From assembly GCA_016196885.1 (NCBI GenBank), contig JACPWU010000042.1, positions 1 through 32,000 of the forward strand: a DNA stretch of 32,000 bases, in the 5' to 3' direction. Position numbers and translations under genes: made by a program. Shown here one piece after another: positions 22,279-31,870 of this stretch (positions are counted from its first letter, which is position 1; the number at the start of each line of letters is the position of its first letter). Origin of the DNA: Chlamydiota bacterium. Lineage in GTDB: Bacteria > Auribacterota > JACPWU01. A model generated the notes under the pieces. That model searched no databases. It was not told where the DNA came from and saw only the letters and a list, made by a program, of their open reading frames with translations.

Positions 22279-25200
22279 ATGCTTCAGTGGATTTTAGGCA
22301 AGACTATCGGAACGAAGAATGACCGCGAGGTCCAGCGTTTGCGGAAGCTTGTGGACCAGATCAATGATCAAGAAATTCAATATCACAACCTGACAGATGA
22401 GGCCCTTCGCAATAAAACCACAGAATTTCGAGAGAGATTGACCCAGGGGGAGACGCTGGATGATCTTTTGATTGTGGCCTTTGCGGTTGTAAAAAATGCC
22501 TGCCGGCGCTTGGTAGGAAAAACTTGGAATGTGGTCGGGCATCCTATGCGCTGGGAGATGATTCCCTTCGATGTTCAATTGATTGGCGGCATGGTCCTTC
22601 ATCAGGGGAAAATTGCGGAAATGGCAACCGGTGAGGGAAAAACGCTGGTGGCGACTTTCCCCATTTATCTGAATGCCTTGGCTGCTCCCGTCCATCTGGT
22701 CACGGTGAATGATTATTTGGCCCGTCGCGACTGCGAATGGATGGGGATGATTTATCAATCCCTTGGGCTCACCGTTTCTTGTTTACAAAATGACATGGAT
22801 TTTGCCGAGCGAAAAAAAGTTTATGCCTGTGACATTGTGTATGGCACGAACAGCGAATTTGGTTTTGATTATTTGAGAGACAATAGCATGGCTTCTCGCA
22901 AGGAAGAGCAGGTACAGCGGGGGCATTTTTACGCGATTGTGGATGAAGTGGACAGTATTTTGGTGGATGAGGCCCGCACGCCGCTTATTATTTCAGGACC
23001 TGCGAGTGTTTCGACTCATTCCTATGATGAGGTAAAGCCTCTGGTCCAAAATCTTTTTCAGAAGCAGACCCTTCTTTGCAACCGTCTTTTAAAAGAGGCG
23101 CGGGAAGTGATTGATAAAGAAAATGCAACCGATGAAGAGAATGATCAATGTGAAATTAAACTCTTTCAGGTTTTGAAAGGGTTTCCCAAGAATCGTCAGC
23201 TTTTGAAAATGATGGAAGAGCCCAAGGTGCGTAAAATTTTGGACCGTATTGAACTTCAAATGATGAGCGACCTTCGAAAAGAGGAGCGCTTTCGAGTCAT
23301 GGAGGAGCTTTATTTTACGATTGATGAGAAGGGCAACGAGATTGATTTGACGGACAAGGGCCGTCAGTTGATCAGCCATGGGAAAGACGTGGATGAATTT
23401 ATTCTGCCGGATTTGGTGGGGGCCCTGCAGGATGTGGATGTGGATGCGGCCCTGACAGAAGATGAGAAGGCTCGAAAGAAGGAAAAGATTCAAGCCCAAT
23501 ACAATGACAGGAGCGAAAAGATTCACAATTTGTCACAACTTTTGAAGGCGTATTCCCTTTTTGAGAAAGATGTGGATTATGTGGTTCAGGATAATAAAGT
23601 GCTCATTGTGGATGAATTTACGGGTCGTCTGATGCCGGGCCGGCGCTACAGCGATGGGCTTCATCAGGCCTTAGAATCTAAAGAAGGCGTTAAGATTGAG
23701 CGGGAGACGCAGACCTTTGCGACCATTACGATTCAGAATTATTTTAGAATGTATAAAAAATTGTCGGGTATGACCGGAACGGCTGAAACCGAAGCCAATG
23801 AATTTTTTCAAATTTATAAACTGCCTGTGGTGGTGATTCCAACCAATGATGAAATTCGCCGCATTGATCACCATGATGTGATTTACAAAACCCGTCGCGA
23901 GAAATTCAATGCCATGATCGAAGAAATTGCCCAGTTGCATCAGGCCTATCGGCCTGTGCTGGTCGGAACGATTTCTGTGGAAACCTCGGAGGTTTTGAGC
24001 CGGCTCCTGAAACGCCGCGGCGTACCTCATTCTGTGCTGAACGCGCGTTACCATCAGCAAGAGGCGGAGATTGTGTCGCGGGCAGGGCAACCGGGGGCGG
24101 TTACCATTGCGACGAACATGGCCGGTCGTGGAACGGATATTAAATTAGGGGGTAACGTTGTCAAGCATGAGAATTGTGCGCTGATGATGCCTCGTCCAAA
24201 TCAAGATCCTTGCCCTTATATCGAAGAGTTGGGCTGTCGTAAAAAAGTCCCTTGCGGGCTTCATGTGATTGGCTCTGAGCGCCATGAGTCTCGTCGCATT
24301 GATCGCCAGCTCAGAGGCCGCAGCGGTCGCCAGGGAGATCCGGGTTCTTCGCGTTTTTACATTTCACTGGAAGATGAATTGATGCGCCTCTTTGGTTCAG
24401 ACCGCATTGCCCGTGTGATGGATAAAATGGGCTTGGAGGAGGGGCAGGACTTAACGCATCCTCTTTTGACGCGGTCCATTGAGACAGCGCAGAAACGGGT
24501 CGAGCAAAGAAATTTTGGGATTCGTAAGCATACACTTGAATTTGATGATGTGATGAACAATCAAAGGAAAGTGATTTATGAGTTTCGCAATCACGTCCTT
24601 CAATCGGAAAATTTGAAAGAGGATGTTTTGGAAATTATTGAAGAAGTGGTTTCTGGGAAAGCAGAAGAATTTTTACCTGTGAAGAATACGCAAGGGGATT
24701 TGACGGGCCTTTTGAAATGGGTGGATTCTCAATTTCCACTTCATGTATCTCAGAGGGGCACTCAATATGAGGAGAAAACTCCCCAGGAGGTTCGAGAAGC
24801 CCTTTTGACGGAGGTGAAGGCCCTTTACGATTTTAAGGAAAAGATTGAAGAGGACCGCATGCGGCGACTAGAGCAGGTGGTGCTTTTAAAGGTGATTGAT
24901 CGCTTGTGGAAAGAGCATCTCTACAATATGGATGCGCTTCGCGAGGGCGTTTATTTGAGGGCATATGGGCAGAAGGATCCTCTGGTGGAATATCGTACGG
25001 AAGGTTTTAAAATGTTTTCGGACATGATGGATTCCATGAAGGAGGACATTGCCAAAGAAATATTTACGGTTTCTGCTACGCCTCAATATTTTGAGACGGT
25101 GTTTAAGCGTTTGCCGACGCAACTCATTCATCGCCAAGCGGATGGTTTCCAATCTGGAGTGGCTCCTGCTGCATCTGAAGGGAGTGCTCCTCGAACAGCT

Positions 25201-25347
25201 CTCGATTCTCGTCCTGAAATGCAAGTTTCTCCCCAGGCGGGAGGGCTTAAAGCGCCTCCGATCCGACGCGAATTACCGAAGGTGGGGCGAAACGATCTTT
25301 GTCCGTGTGGGAGTGGGAAGAAGTATAAGAAATGTTGTGGGATGTAA
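22279..25347 (+). CDS. secA: Preprotein translocase ATPase SecA
   Basis: 1022 aa from the ATG at 22279 (AAGGAG SD 8 nt upstream). Motifs [57 protein letters not shown] and the C-terminal zinc motif [14 protein letters not shown]. The TTG at 22201 is rejected. Confidence 0.95.
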   Translation: MLQWILGKTIGTKNDREVQRLRKLVDQINDQEIQYHNLTDEALRNKTTEFRERLTQGETLDDLLIVAFAVVKNACRRLVGKTWNVVGHPMRWEMIPFDVQLIGGMVLHQGKIAEMATGEGKTLVATFPIYLNALAAPVHLVTVNDYLARRDCEWMGMIYQSLGLTVSCLQNDMDFAERKKVYACDIVYGTNSEFGFDYLRDNSMASRKEEQVQRGHFYAIVDEVDSILVDEARTPLIISGPASVSTHSYDEVKPLVQNLFQKQTLLCNRLLKEAREVIDKENATDEENDQCEIKLFQVLKGFPKNRQLLKMMEEPKVRKILDRIELQMMSDLRKEERFRVMEELYFTIDEKGNEIDLTDKGRQLISHGKDVDEFILPDLVGALQDVDVDAALTEDEKARKKEKIQAQYNDRSEKIHNLSQLLKAYSLFEKDVDYVVQDNKVLIVDEFTGRLMPGRRYSDGLHQALESKEGVKIERETQTFATITIQNYFRMYKKLSGMTGTAETEANEFFQIYKLPVVVIPTNDEIRRIDHHDVIYKTRREKFNAMIEEIAQLHQAYRPVLVGTISVETSEVLSRLLKRRGVPHSVLNARYHQQEAEIVSRAGQPGAVTIATNMAGRGTDIKLGGNVVKHENCALMMPRPNQDPCPYIEELGCRKKVPCGLHVIGSERHESRRIDRQLRGRSGRQGDPGSSRFYISLEDELMRLFGSDRIARVMDKMGLEEGQDLTHPLLTRSIETAQKRVEQRNFGIRKHTLEFDDVMNNQRKVIYEFRNHVLQSENLKEDVLEIIEEVVSGKAEEFLPVKNTQGDLTGLLKWVDSQFPLHVSQRGTQYEEKTPQEVREALLTEVKALYDFKEKIEEDRMRRLEQVVLLKVIDRLWKEHLYNMDALREGVYLRAYGQKDPLVEYRTEGFKMFSDMMDSMKEDIAKEIFTVSATPQYFETVFKRLPTQLIHRQADGFQSGVAPAASEGSAPRTALDSRPEMQVSPQAGGLKAPPIRRELPKVGRNDLCPCGSGKKYKKCCGM

Positions 25348-25490
25348 CTCCCTAGATTCCCCTCCCTTGATGGGAGGGGCTAGGGGAGGGTGGGTTTTTA
25401 AATGCCACCCCTCCTCCCCTAACCCTCCTCATCACCCCGAAAGGGGCCGTTTCACGGAGGGGGAGGGAATTTTAAGACAGTCTGGGGAGT
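25345..25490. repeat. Divergent member of the C/G-tract hairpin repeat family, copy E (its first TAA is the secA stop)
   Basis: taactccctagattCCCCTCCCttgatGGGAGGGGctaggggagggtggg...ccacccctcctcccctaaccc...ggagggggaggg. Several GC-rich hairpins; the right boundary is uncertain. Confidence 0.55.
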
Positions 25491-25540
25491 GGGTTGTCAA
25501 AGTTATTTGGTGCTTTTATTGTTAAACTCCGTGTTAAATC

Positions 25541-27076
25541 ATGCATAATCGCTTTTTTCTCTCTATTCTTTCCTCTTTTCTCCTTTTCTTAGCCCTGGAA
25601 AATATTCTGGGGGGAGTGACTGCCTGGATTGCTTTGATTCCGCTTTTTTATCTATTGGACCAGTTAGAGACTCCTCGGCAAACAGGTTATGGGTGTTTTC
25701 TAACGGGATTTATTCATTATCTCTCTGTGGCCAGTTGGTTGACACAAGTGACGGTTGGGGGATATATCGCTGTTTCTCTGATTTTGGCAAGCAATTGGGC
25801 TCTTTTTGGGTGGCTTTATAAAAGATGGGAGATGGGGAAAAAGACTTGGGGGATTTTAGCGATTGCTTGTTCTTGGGCTTTTTTAGAATATTTGAGAAGT
25901 GTCGGTGATTTAGGCTTTCCCTGGTTTTTTCTAGGCTATTCTCAAGTTTCTCATTTAGCTTTTATTCAATCGGTAAGTTGGGGTGGGATTTTTGTTCTTT
26001 CTTTTTTGATTGTGTGGGTGAATGGGGTTCTTTATGAAATTCTGTTTCTGAAAAAGAAATCTCTTTTAAGAAAATGGGTTTTAACAGGGATATCTCTTTT
26101 TTTCTTAAGCTTAAATTTTTTATATGGCTATTTCCGTTTGAAACATTTTTCTCTTGGTGAGATTTTAGATCCAATTAAAATTGCTGTGATTCAAGGTAAT
26201 ATTCCTCAAGGGGACAAATGGGATTTAGATCAAGAGGAATGGATTGTTCGGCGATATGCACGTTTGACTTTTCAGGCTGCAAAAGATCACCCCGATTTAA
26301 TGGTGTGGCCAGAAACGGCCTTGCCTGCGAACTTAAAAACAGATGAGCATTTGCAAGACGAAGTTATGGGTCTGGCTCGCAAGACGGGAAGTTTTCTTCT
26401 CATCGGTGGAAGTGATGACCGCTATGATACTGAAAGGGTGGTGACGAATGCCGCTTTTTTAATCGGCCCGGATGGGCGGCTCAATGACCAATACGATAAA
26501 ATCCATTTGGTGCCGGGAGGAGAATATGTCCCTTTCAGAACTTGGTTTCCATGGATAGCCAATATGACTTTGGGGGAGATTGATTTTTCCAGAGGAAACG
26601 CCTATAAAGTTTTCAAAATGGGGGAATGGACCTTTTCGGCTGTGATTTGTTTTGAAGATATTTTTCCAGATCAAGTACGTCGTTTTGTTCGCAAGGGTGC
26701 CCATTTGATGGTGAATTTAACGAATGATGCGTGGTTTGGGATCTCATCGGCGGCCCAAGAGCATTTGAATTTGGCGCGTTTCAGTGCCATTGCCAATGGG
26801 GTGGGCATGGTCCGGGCGACCAACACGGGTATTTCAGCTTTTATTTCTCCGGTGGGAGAAATTTTGGAAACGGTTCGAGATTCTATCGGAAATGAGCTTG
26901 AAGTGGAAGGGGTAGCGGTTCGTGAAATATCTCTTCAAACACTTCCCACTTTTTATCAGAAGTACGGAGATGTTTTTTCTTGGGTTTGCGGCTGTGTTGT
27001 TTTAATATTCGGAGGTTTTGTGTTCACGAAGAAAAGGAGATCCTCACATGATCAGCGAAATCAAAGAAAGAATTGA
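25541..27076 (+). CDS. lnt: Apolipoprotein N-acyltransferase
   Basis: 511 aa with a polytopic N-terminal half and a CN-hydrolase domain carrying WPETA, VICFEDIFP (catalytic Cys) and NLTNDAWFG motifs. Confidence 0.9.
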   Translation: MHNRFFLSILSSFLLFLALENILGGVTAWIALIPLFYLLDQLETPRQTGYGCFLTGFIHYLSVASWLTQVTVGGYIAVSLILASNWALFGWLYKRWEMGKKTWGILAIACSWAFLEYLRSVGDLGFPWFFLGYSQVSHLAFIQSVSWGGIFVLSFLIVWVNGVLYEILFLKKKSLLRKWVLTGISLFFLSLNFLYGYFRLKHFSLGEILDPIKIAVIQGNIPQGDKWDLDQEEWIVRRYARLTFQAAKDHPDLMVWPETALPANLKTDEHLQDEVMGLARKTGSFLLIGGSDDRYDTERVVTNAAFLIGPDGRLNDQYDKIHLVPGGEYVPFRTWFPWIANMTLGEIDFSRGNAYKVFKMGEWTFSAVICFEDIFPDQVRRFVRKGAHLMVNLTNDAWFGISSAAQEHLNLARFSAIANGVGMVRATNTGISAFISPVGEILETVRDSIGNELEVEGVAVREISLQTLPTFYQKYGDVFSWVCGCVVLIFGGFVFTKKRRSSHDQRNQRKN

Positions 27077-28146
27077 GAAAGCGGCTTTGAAATTAAAAGA
27101 ACTCCAGAGGTATCTTTGACTACGAAAATGAGGTCACGAAATTAAAAGAATTAGAAGCGGTGATGGCCCAGAAGAATTTCTGGGATCAGGGTGAAAAGTC
27201 TAAAAAAGTCATTGAAGATTTAAAGGTTCTTAAAGCTAAATTAGAACCTGTTACTCATCTTGAGAAAAAATTCCACGACTTAAAGGCGATGTTAGATCTG
27301 GTCAGAGGAGAAGATTCAACCGAGGCTCAGGAATTGCTGAAAGAATTGGGAAGCGAGCTTTCTTCATTTGAAACGGACTTGGGAGATATTGAAATTCACA
27401 ATCTTTTGGCCGGCGAATACGATAAAAATTCTGCGATTTTGACCATTCATTCCGGGGCGGGTGGGACGGAATCTTGCGATTGGGCGGACATGCTCCTTCG
27501 CATGTATCGCCGATGGATGGAGCGCCATCACTTTAAGGCAGAGGTGGCGGACATTTTACCGGGGGAAGAGGCGGGTGTTAAAAGCGTGACTTTGCTGGTG
27601 GAAGGGGATTACGCCTACGGTTATATGAAGGCGGAAAAGGGCGTTCATCGTTTGGTGCGGATCTCTCCCTTTGATTCTAATAAGAGGCGCCACACCTCTT
27701 TTGCGTCGGTGGATGTGATTCCTGAAATCACAGACGATATCCCGGTGGATATTGACGAAAAAGATTTAAAGATTGATACGTTTCGCGCGAGTGGGGCGGG
27801 TGGGCAGCATGTGAATAAGACAGATTCAGCGGTTCGCATCACGCATCTTCCCACCGGTATTGTGGTCTCCTGCCAGAACGAACGCTCTCAGTACAAAAAT
27901 AAATCCATGGCCATGAAAATTCTTCGGGCCAGGGTTTACGATGTAAAGCGTAAAGAACAGGAAGAAAAAATGGCCAAAGTCTATGGCCAAAAGTCAGACA
28001 TTGCCTGGGGAAGCCAGATCCGCTCTTATGTCTTTCAGCCCTACACCTTGGTGAAGGATCATCGTACTTCGGTTGAAACTTCCAATGGGGATGCGGTGAT
28101 GGATGGGGATATTGATTTATTTATTCAAGCGTATTTGAGGCAGTAG
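27048..28146 (+). CDS. prfB: Peptide chain release factor 2, expressed via programmed +1 frameshift
   Basis: Frame-0 leader MISEIKERIEKAALKLKELQRYL ends at the in-frame TGA (27117-27119). The +1 frame continues DYENEVTKLKELEAVMAQKNFWDQ... The SPF motif (ISPFDS) and GGQ motif (GAGGQHVN) are present. 365 aa after the shift. Confidence 0.92.
27106..27120 (+). promoter_or_regulatory. RF2 autoregulatory +1 frameshift site
   Basis: AGAGG TAT CTT TGA C: an internal SD-like element, a 3-nt spacer, slippery CTT and a TGA stop followed by C. This is the same architecture as the E. coli prfB site. Confidence 0.9.
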
Positions 28147-28148
28147 AG

Positions 28149-28424
28149 TTAAGCCGCTTTTTTATGATGAAGTGGAACATAATTTGGGAACATGAGAGTC
28201 CCGGGATGAATCCCGAGCGCTTCGGCAATTTGAGAAGCCCGTTTTCTGCCTAAAGGAACATGGTTATGCTCGAGCATGGATAGATTCTGAGCAGAAATTC
28301 CAGACCGTTTAGCTAATTCTTCTTGAGTCCATCCCTTGAGTTTCCGGAGCTCGAGAATCGTTTCTCCAGAGGTTAGTTCTATTCTGGTTTTTGCTGGAAA
28401 ATACTCCTTTCCATCCCTCTTCAT
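28149..28424 (-). CDS. XRE-family HTH antitoxin (HigA-like)
   Basis: 91 aa from the ATG at 28424 (AGGAG SD 9 nt upstream). HTH segment LRKLKGWTQEELAKRSGISAQNLSMLEHN. It lies 14 nt downstream of the toxin gene. Confidence 0.75.
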   Translation of the reverse strand: MKRDGKEYFPAKTRIELTSGETILELRKLKGWTQEELAKRSGISAQNLSMLEHNHVPLGRKRASQIAEALGIHPGTLMFPNYVPLHHKKAA

Positions 28425-28438
28425 GTGATGGACTCCTC

Positions 28439-28711
28439 TTAATAATGGTGTGGCGTTATTTCTTCCACTCGAACCAATAAGGCATCCCACTCAACGGTGT
28501 AGATGACTCTGTATTTTAGACTTAATCTTGACGATCTTTCATGGGCCCTTTTACCCTTTAACTTCTCGTCGTAAAATCCTTTAAATTTACGAAGGGTGTG
28601 AGGACCATTCAATTGCACGATTGATTTCCATAGTTCGTACTTTCTCTGTACCGCATCAGGAAGCTTCCAGAAAACTTTTTCGAAGTCTTTCAATTCGAAA
28701 ATATCCCACAT
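28439..28711 (-). CDS. RelE/HigB-like toxin
   Basis: C-terminal signature KLKGKRAHERSSRLSLKYRVIYTVEWDALLVRVEEITPHHY (LKG...S.R...YR.IY...V..I..H.Y). The toxin-first gene order matches higBA. The start is uncertain: ATG at 28711 gives 90 aa, and the track ORF runs to a GTG at 28822. Confidence 0.65.
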   Translation of the reverse strand: MWDIFELKDFEKVFWKLPDAVQRKYELWKSIVQLNGPHTLRKFKGFYDEKLKGKRAHERSSRLSLKYRVIYTVEWDALLVRVEEITPHHY

Positions 28712-28843
28712 CCCCTCAGGATATCTTCTTATATATAAGAAGTCAACAGAAAAAAATTCGTTTGTAACGAGGGGCATGAGGTGATACATTCTAGCTTCTA
28801 ACTTTTGAGATTCATGACCCACGATTGATTGTCCACGGTTTTT

Positions 28844-28917
28844 CGGGCCGTAGCGTAGCCTGGTAGCGCACCTGAATGGGGTTCAGGGGGTCGGGAGTTC
28901 GATTCTCCCCGGCCCGA
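28844..28917 (+). tRNA. tRNA-Pro (anticodon GGG)
   Basis: Manual cloverleaf:
- acceptor CGGGCCG/CGGCCCG;
- D arm GCGT-AGCCTGGTA-GCGC;
- anticodon arm CCTGA-AT GGG GT-TCAGG;
- variable loop GGGTC;
- T arm GGGAG-TTCGATT-CTCCC;
- discriminator A.
CCA is not encoded. Confidence 0.9.
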
Positions 28918-28994
28918 TGTTTTTCTTTGTTATGAAAGTGGATGATGGATCATGGATGATCGATGTTGGATTCCTTTCTCTCGTTCAAGTTTGT

Positions 28995-29157
28995 GTAGTC
29001 GCCCGATTCATCGGGCAGCCCCATACTCAAGAGGCCATATTCCACCCTACAGGGGTGATTCTTCTGGTGATAGTTTCCAGCCTCTTTATCCTGAGTACTG
29101 TCAGAATTGTACGAATCAAACTTAATGAACTGACTTGTAAATGGGGCGACTACAAAA
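28995..29157. repeat. GTAGTCGCCC palindromic repeat, copy 4, split by a ~113-nt insert
   Basis: The left half gtagtcgcccgattcatcgggcagccccata (28995-29025) and right half aaatggggcgactacaaaa (29139-29157) are contiguous in the other copies. Here they are separated by unrelated sequence. Confidence 0.8.
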
Positions 29158-29280
29158 TAAGGGAGGAGAGGTAGAGGTGGGCGAGGCTTTCATTGCACAC
29201 GATGACCCCCAAAAAGGGTCATTGAAATTAATTGATTTAAAGTCTTGACTTTCATAAGATATGTATAGTATTTTAGTGGT

Positions 29281-29511
29281 ATGAAAATGAAGACATCTAT
29301 CACACTCTCAGAAGATCTTTTGAAGTTGATTGATCATCTTACGGGCAAGTCCATGAATCGCTCTGAATTGATTGAGCTTGCCTTGCGGGAGTATCTTCTT
29401 CAGAGGGCTAAGAGAGTCAGGGACTCAAAGGATTTAGAGCTGATCAATCGCCATGCGGATCGTTTGAATAAACAGGTTCAGGATACGCTTTCTTTTCAGA
29501 TACCGATATGA
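29281..29511 (+). CDS. Ribbon-helix-helix (CopG-like) antitoxin
   Basis: 76 aa. N-terminal beta-strand plus helices [35 protein letters not shown]. Its stop overlaps the toxin start (ATGA). A TTGACT/TATAGT-like promoter sequence lies 15-35 nt upstream, with suboptimal spacing. Confidence 0.75.
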   Translation: MKMKTSITLSEDLLKLIDHLTGKSMNRSELIELALREYLLQRAKRVRDSKDLELINRHADRLNKQVQDTLSFQIPI

Positions 29512-29843
29512 GAAGAGGTGATTTTTACAGAGTCCATAAAGCCTCATCCCGGGACCCCAAAGATTCTCGCGTTTTTATGGTTGTCAGCCGTCAAGTCCTT
29601 ATTGATTCGAATTTTTCAACGGTTGTTTGTGCCCCTATCTATAGCTCTCACGATGGATTGTCCACTGAAGTAGAGGTCGGGATTGAAGAGGGACTGAAAC
29701 ATGCGAGCAGTATTCGCTGTGACGAATTGATGAGTATTCCTAAGTCTGTCTTGACCCACTTTGTGGGTGCTTTGCTTCCGCAGCGAATCAAAGAGTTGGA
29801 TAAGGCGCTTGGATTTGCGCTTGAATTAGATAACGCTTCATAG
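29508..29843 (+). CDS. PemK/MazF-family toxin
   Basis: 111 aa. RRGDFYRV...[10 protein letters not shown]...VVCAPIYSS...[21 protein letters not shown] follows the MazF/PemK SH3-like fold pattern. Confidence 0.75.
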   Translation: MRRGDFYRVHKASSRDPKDSRVFMVVSRQVLIDSNFSTVVCAPIYSSHDGLSTEVEVGIEEGLKHASSIRCDELMSIPKSVLTHFVGALLPQRIKELDKALGFALELDNAS

Positions 29844-29853
29844 AAATACTAAA

Positions 29854-31737
29854 TCATTCTCTTCTGAGCGAAATGGGCGGACAATACAGTCCTTTCCTTT
29901 CCCTCGTCCACCAAGTTCCCTCTTTTCTCTTCGTTTCCAAGTCTGTGAAATGATAGTCATAAAGTTCGGCTCTCATGTAATGAGGAGGGGTGTCTGGGAA
30001 AGGATTTTTTGCGAGTAATTTTAATACCTCGGGTGATCCTTCTAAAAGCCGGGCCATAAAATTTAAGAGCCAGCGGTTGCTGCGAACATTTCCAAGAGCG
30101 GCAAACCACATTTGCCAGTCGAGTCGCGGTTGATGAGGTGCAACAAATAGAGGCTTTTGAGAAAGATCTCCTGGTTTCCATTTAAATTCATAGGCTTGCC
30201 AATTTTCTCCATCGTCACTCCCCTCGATAATAATCTCGGGTCTCTCTTTGGTCATGACCGCAAAAAGGCCATAGGGGTTCACGATTTGAAAAGGGTCTAT
30301 CCATTTGATGGGTTTTTGAACCCAGGATGGAAGAGAAAACTTTTTATCAAAAAGTTGAATGACTTGAATGCTTCCAATGGAGAAAATAATAAAGGCTAGA
30401 GGAAGGGTGATAAAGGAACGATAAAAATTTGACTTTCTTTTCTGAAGATAAAGTTGTTTTCTCAAAAATTTGGGGATAAAGGGCCTGATGCTTGCATCAT
30501 CCAACAGGGAAAGGCATAACAGAAATGTCAGCAAATTGAAGAAACAATAATTTCCTGTTAGCGCGATAAGAATTTGCAAACTCGTCAGGAGAAAAAATCC
30601 GATGAGTCTTAATCGGCGAGGTAAAAAAATAAAAAAGGGGGCGATGAGTTCTACGCCAAACATCGTGGCGCATGAAATTTTCTGAAACCATAACGGTGCT
30701 TGGTGAAAATACCATCCAATCCAGGTGGGGAGAGGCTGTGTTTCATAATGAAATCGAAGAGCCGTAAGATCTTTCCAGCAGCTATCCCCACTTAAAAGTT
30801 TTACGCAACCCGATTCGAACATGAGCCGAAAGAGACACCATCGAATGAGCCAAAGAATCGTTTTCGGGGGAGGAGACTCTCGAGAGAGTCTAGGCAAAAT
30901 TTGAAAAGGGGCAAAGAAAATCGCAAGAAATCCTGTTTCTAAAAGAAGAATGTCCCATTGAAAAGATAAGAATTGTTGGCCTAGAACAGTGAGAGATAGA
31001 TAGAGGGCCCATGAAATAAATACCATTAGCGCGGGAAAAATTCCTAAAATTAAAAGACCCGATGCTATGGCGCCTCCCCAGCAAAGAAATTTTAGAAAAA
31101 CATCGCTTGTGTTAATCCATCCCAGTGTGGGAAGGAGATTATAGACTTTCCCTCCGAAATGTTCTTGGACTGCTTTTAGAAATAATTTTGCGGGCGAAAT
31201 CCCATTTTCTCCAATGAGACCTAGTACTTGTATTCCTAAGGATACAAATGCGATGAAGTAAATGAGACCCAATCCTCGCAAAAAAATCCAACGCGTCAAA
31301 AAATAAGAGCTGGGTTCAAGATTTTCCCCCCAAAAAAAACGTGTGAAACTGGAAAAAAACGTTCGGTTGTTTGCGACCAGCTTATAGAATTTCTCACTGG
31401 CTTTTCGAAAGAGGGCAAATTTCTCATAAAGCTTGAGCCATTTTTTTCGACTTCCCGTCGCCAAAGACAGGGCTTTAAAAACAGCTTCTGGTCCCGAACA
31501 AACCTCGCCTGTTTTTTCGATCCAATGAACCGATTTTTCTAAAGCCTCTTGCGGAATTTCGGGGTAAAGCGTTTGCGCTTCTTGGAATGGAAGATAATCT
31601 ACTTGATCTTCCGTGATGGCTTTCCAGCGTGCGATCCATTTTCGGCAAAAAGAACAGTTTCCATCAAATATGAATGTAGGTTTTTGGGGGAGATTTTGAA
31701 TGTGTAAATTTGACTCTTTCATGGGTTTTAGCTCCAA
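29854..31737 (-). CDS. Fusion of a DCC-type thiol-disulfide oxidoreductase domain (DUF393-like) with a lipase-maturation-factor-like polytopic membrane protein
   Basis: 627 aa. N-terminal FIFDGNCSFCRKWIARW (CxxC), about ten predicted TM helices, and a C-terminal soluble part with PRLDWQMWFAALG and PPHYMRAELYDYHFT, as in LMF-family proteins. Confidence 0.65.
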   Translation of the reverse strand: MELKPMKESNLHIQNLPQKPTFIFDGNCSFCRKWIARWKAITEDQVDYLPFQEAQTLYPEIPQEALEKSVHWIEKTGEVCSGPEAVFKALSLATGSRKKWLKLYEKFALFRKASEKFYKLVANNRTFFSSFTRFFWGENLEPSSYFLTRWIFLRGLGLIYFIAFVSLGIQVLGLIGENGISPAKLFLKAVQEHFGGKVYNLLPTLGWINTSDVFLKFLCWGGAIASGLLILGIFPALMVFISWALYLSLTVLGQQFLSFQWDILLLETGFLAIFFAPFQILPRLSRESPPPKTILWLIRWCLFRLMFESGCVKLLSGDSCWKDLTALRFHYETQPLPTWIGWYFHQAPLWFQKISCATMFGVELIAPFFIFLPRRLRLIGFFLLTSLQILIALTGNYCFFNLLTFLLCLSLLDDASIRPFIPKFLRKQLYLQKRKSNFYRSFITLPLAFIIFSIGSIQVIQLFDKKFSLPSWVQKPIKWIDPFQIVNPYGLFAVMTKERPEIIIEGSDDGENWQAYEFKWKPGDLSQKPLFVAPHQPRLDWQMWFAALGNVRSNRWLLNFMARLLEGSPEVLKLLAKNPFPDTPPHYMRAELYDYHFTDLETKRKEGTWWTRERKGLYCPPISLRRE

Positions 31738-31870
31738 TGAAATTAAATATCATAATCCATTATATCACAATGGGTTATGATCTTAGGCCTTTTTTGTCTG
31801 ATAGCGTTTTGACGTTTAGGGGTGCGCTATTGTCTATTATAGGAAGATTCAAAATATCATAGGCAAAGGC

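Noticed and set aside
8625-25490. Possibility that the GGGGAG/CCCCTC hairpin repeats form a CRISPR array.
   Set aside because: The copies are kilobases apart, in different orientations, and 100-220 nt long with mosaic interiors. There is no regular repeat-spacer periodicity, and no cas genes are in the window.
25049-25525. 158-aa plus-strand ORF overlapping the secA 3' end and running through repeat E.
   Set aside because: It is an alternative frame of secA followed by translation of a GC-hairpin repeat (Gly/Arg/Pro-rich). There is no independent support.
28917-29174. 85-aa ORF immediately after tRNA-Pro.
   Set aside because: It starts at the last base of the tRNA and reads through both halves of the split palindromic repeat. 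It is most likely non-coding.
29245-29271. TTGACT ... TATAGT/TAGTAT promoter for the RHH-MazF pair.
   Set aside because: The hexamers are good, but the spacer is only 13-15 nt by my count and the -10 would lie about 10 nt from the ATG. It is too uncertain to list as a feature and is mentioned only in the antitoxin evidence.
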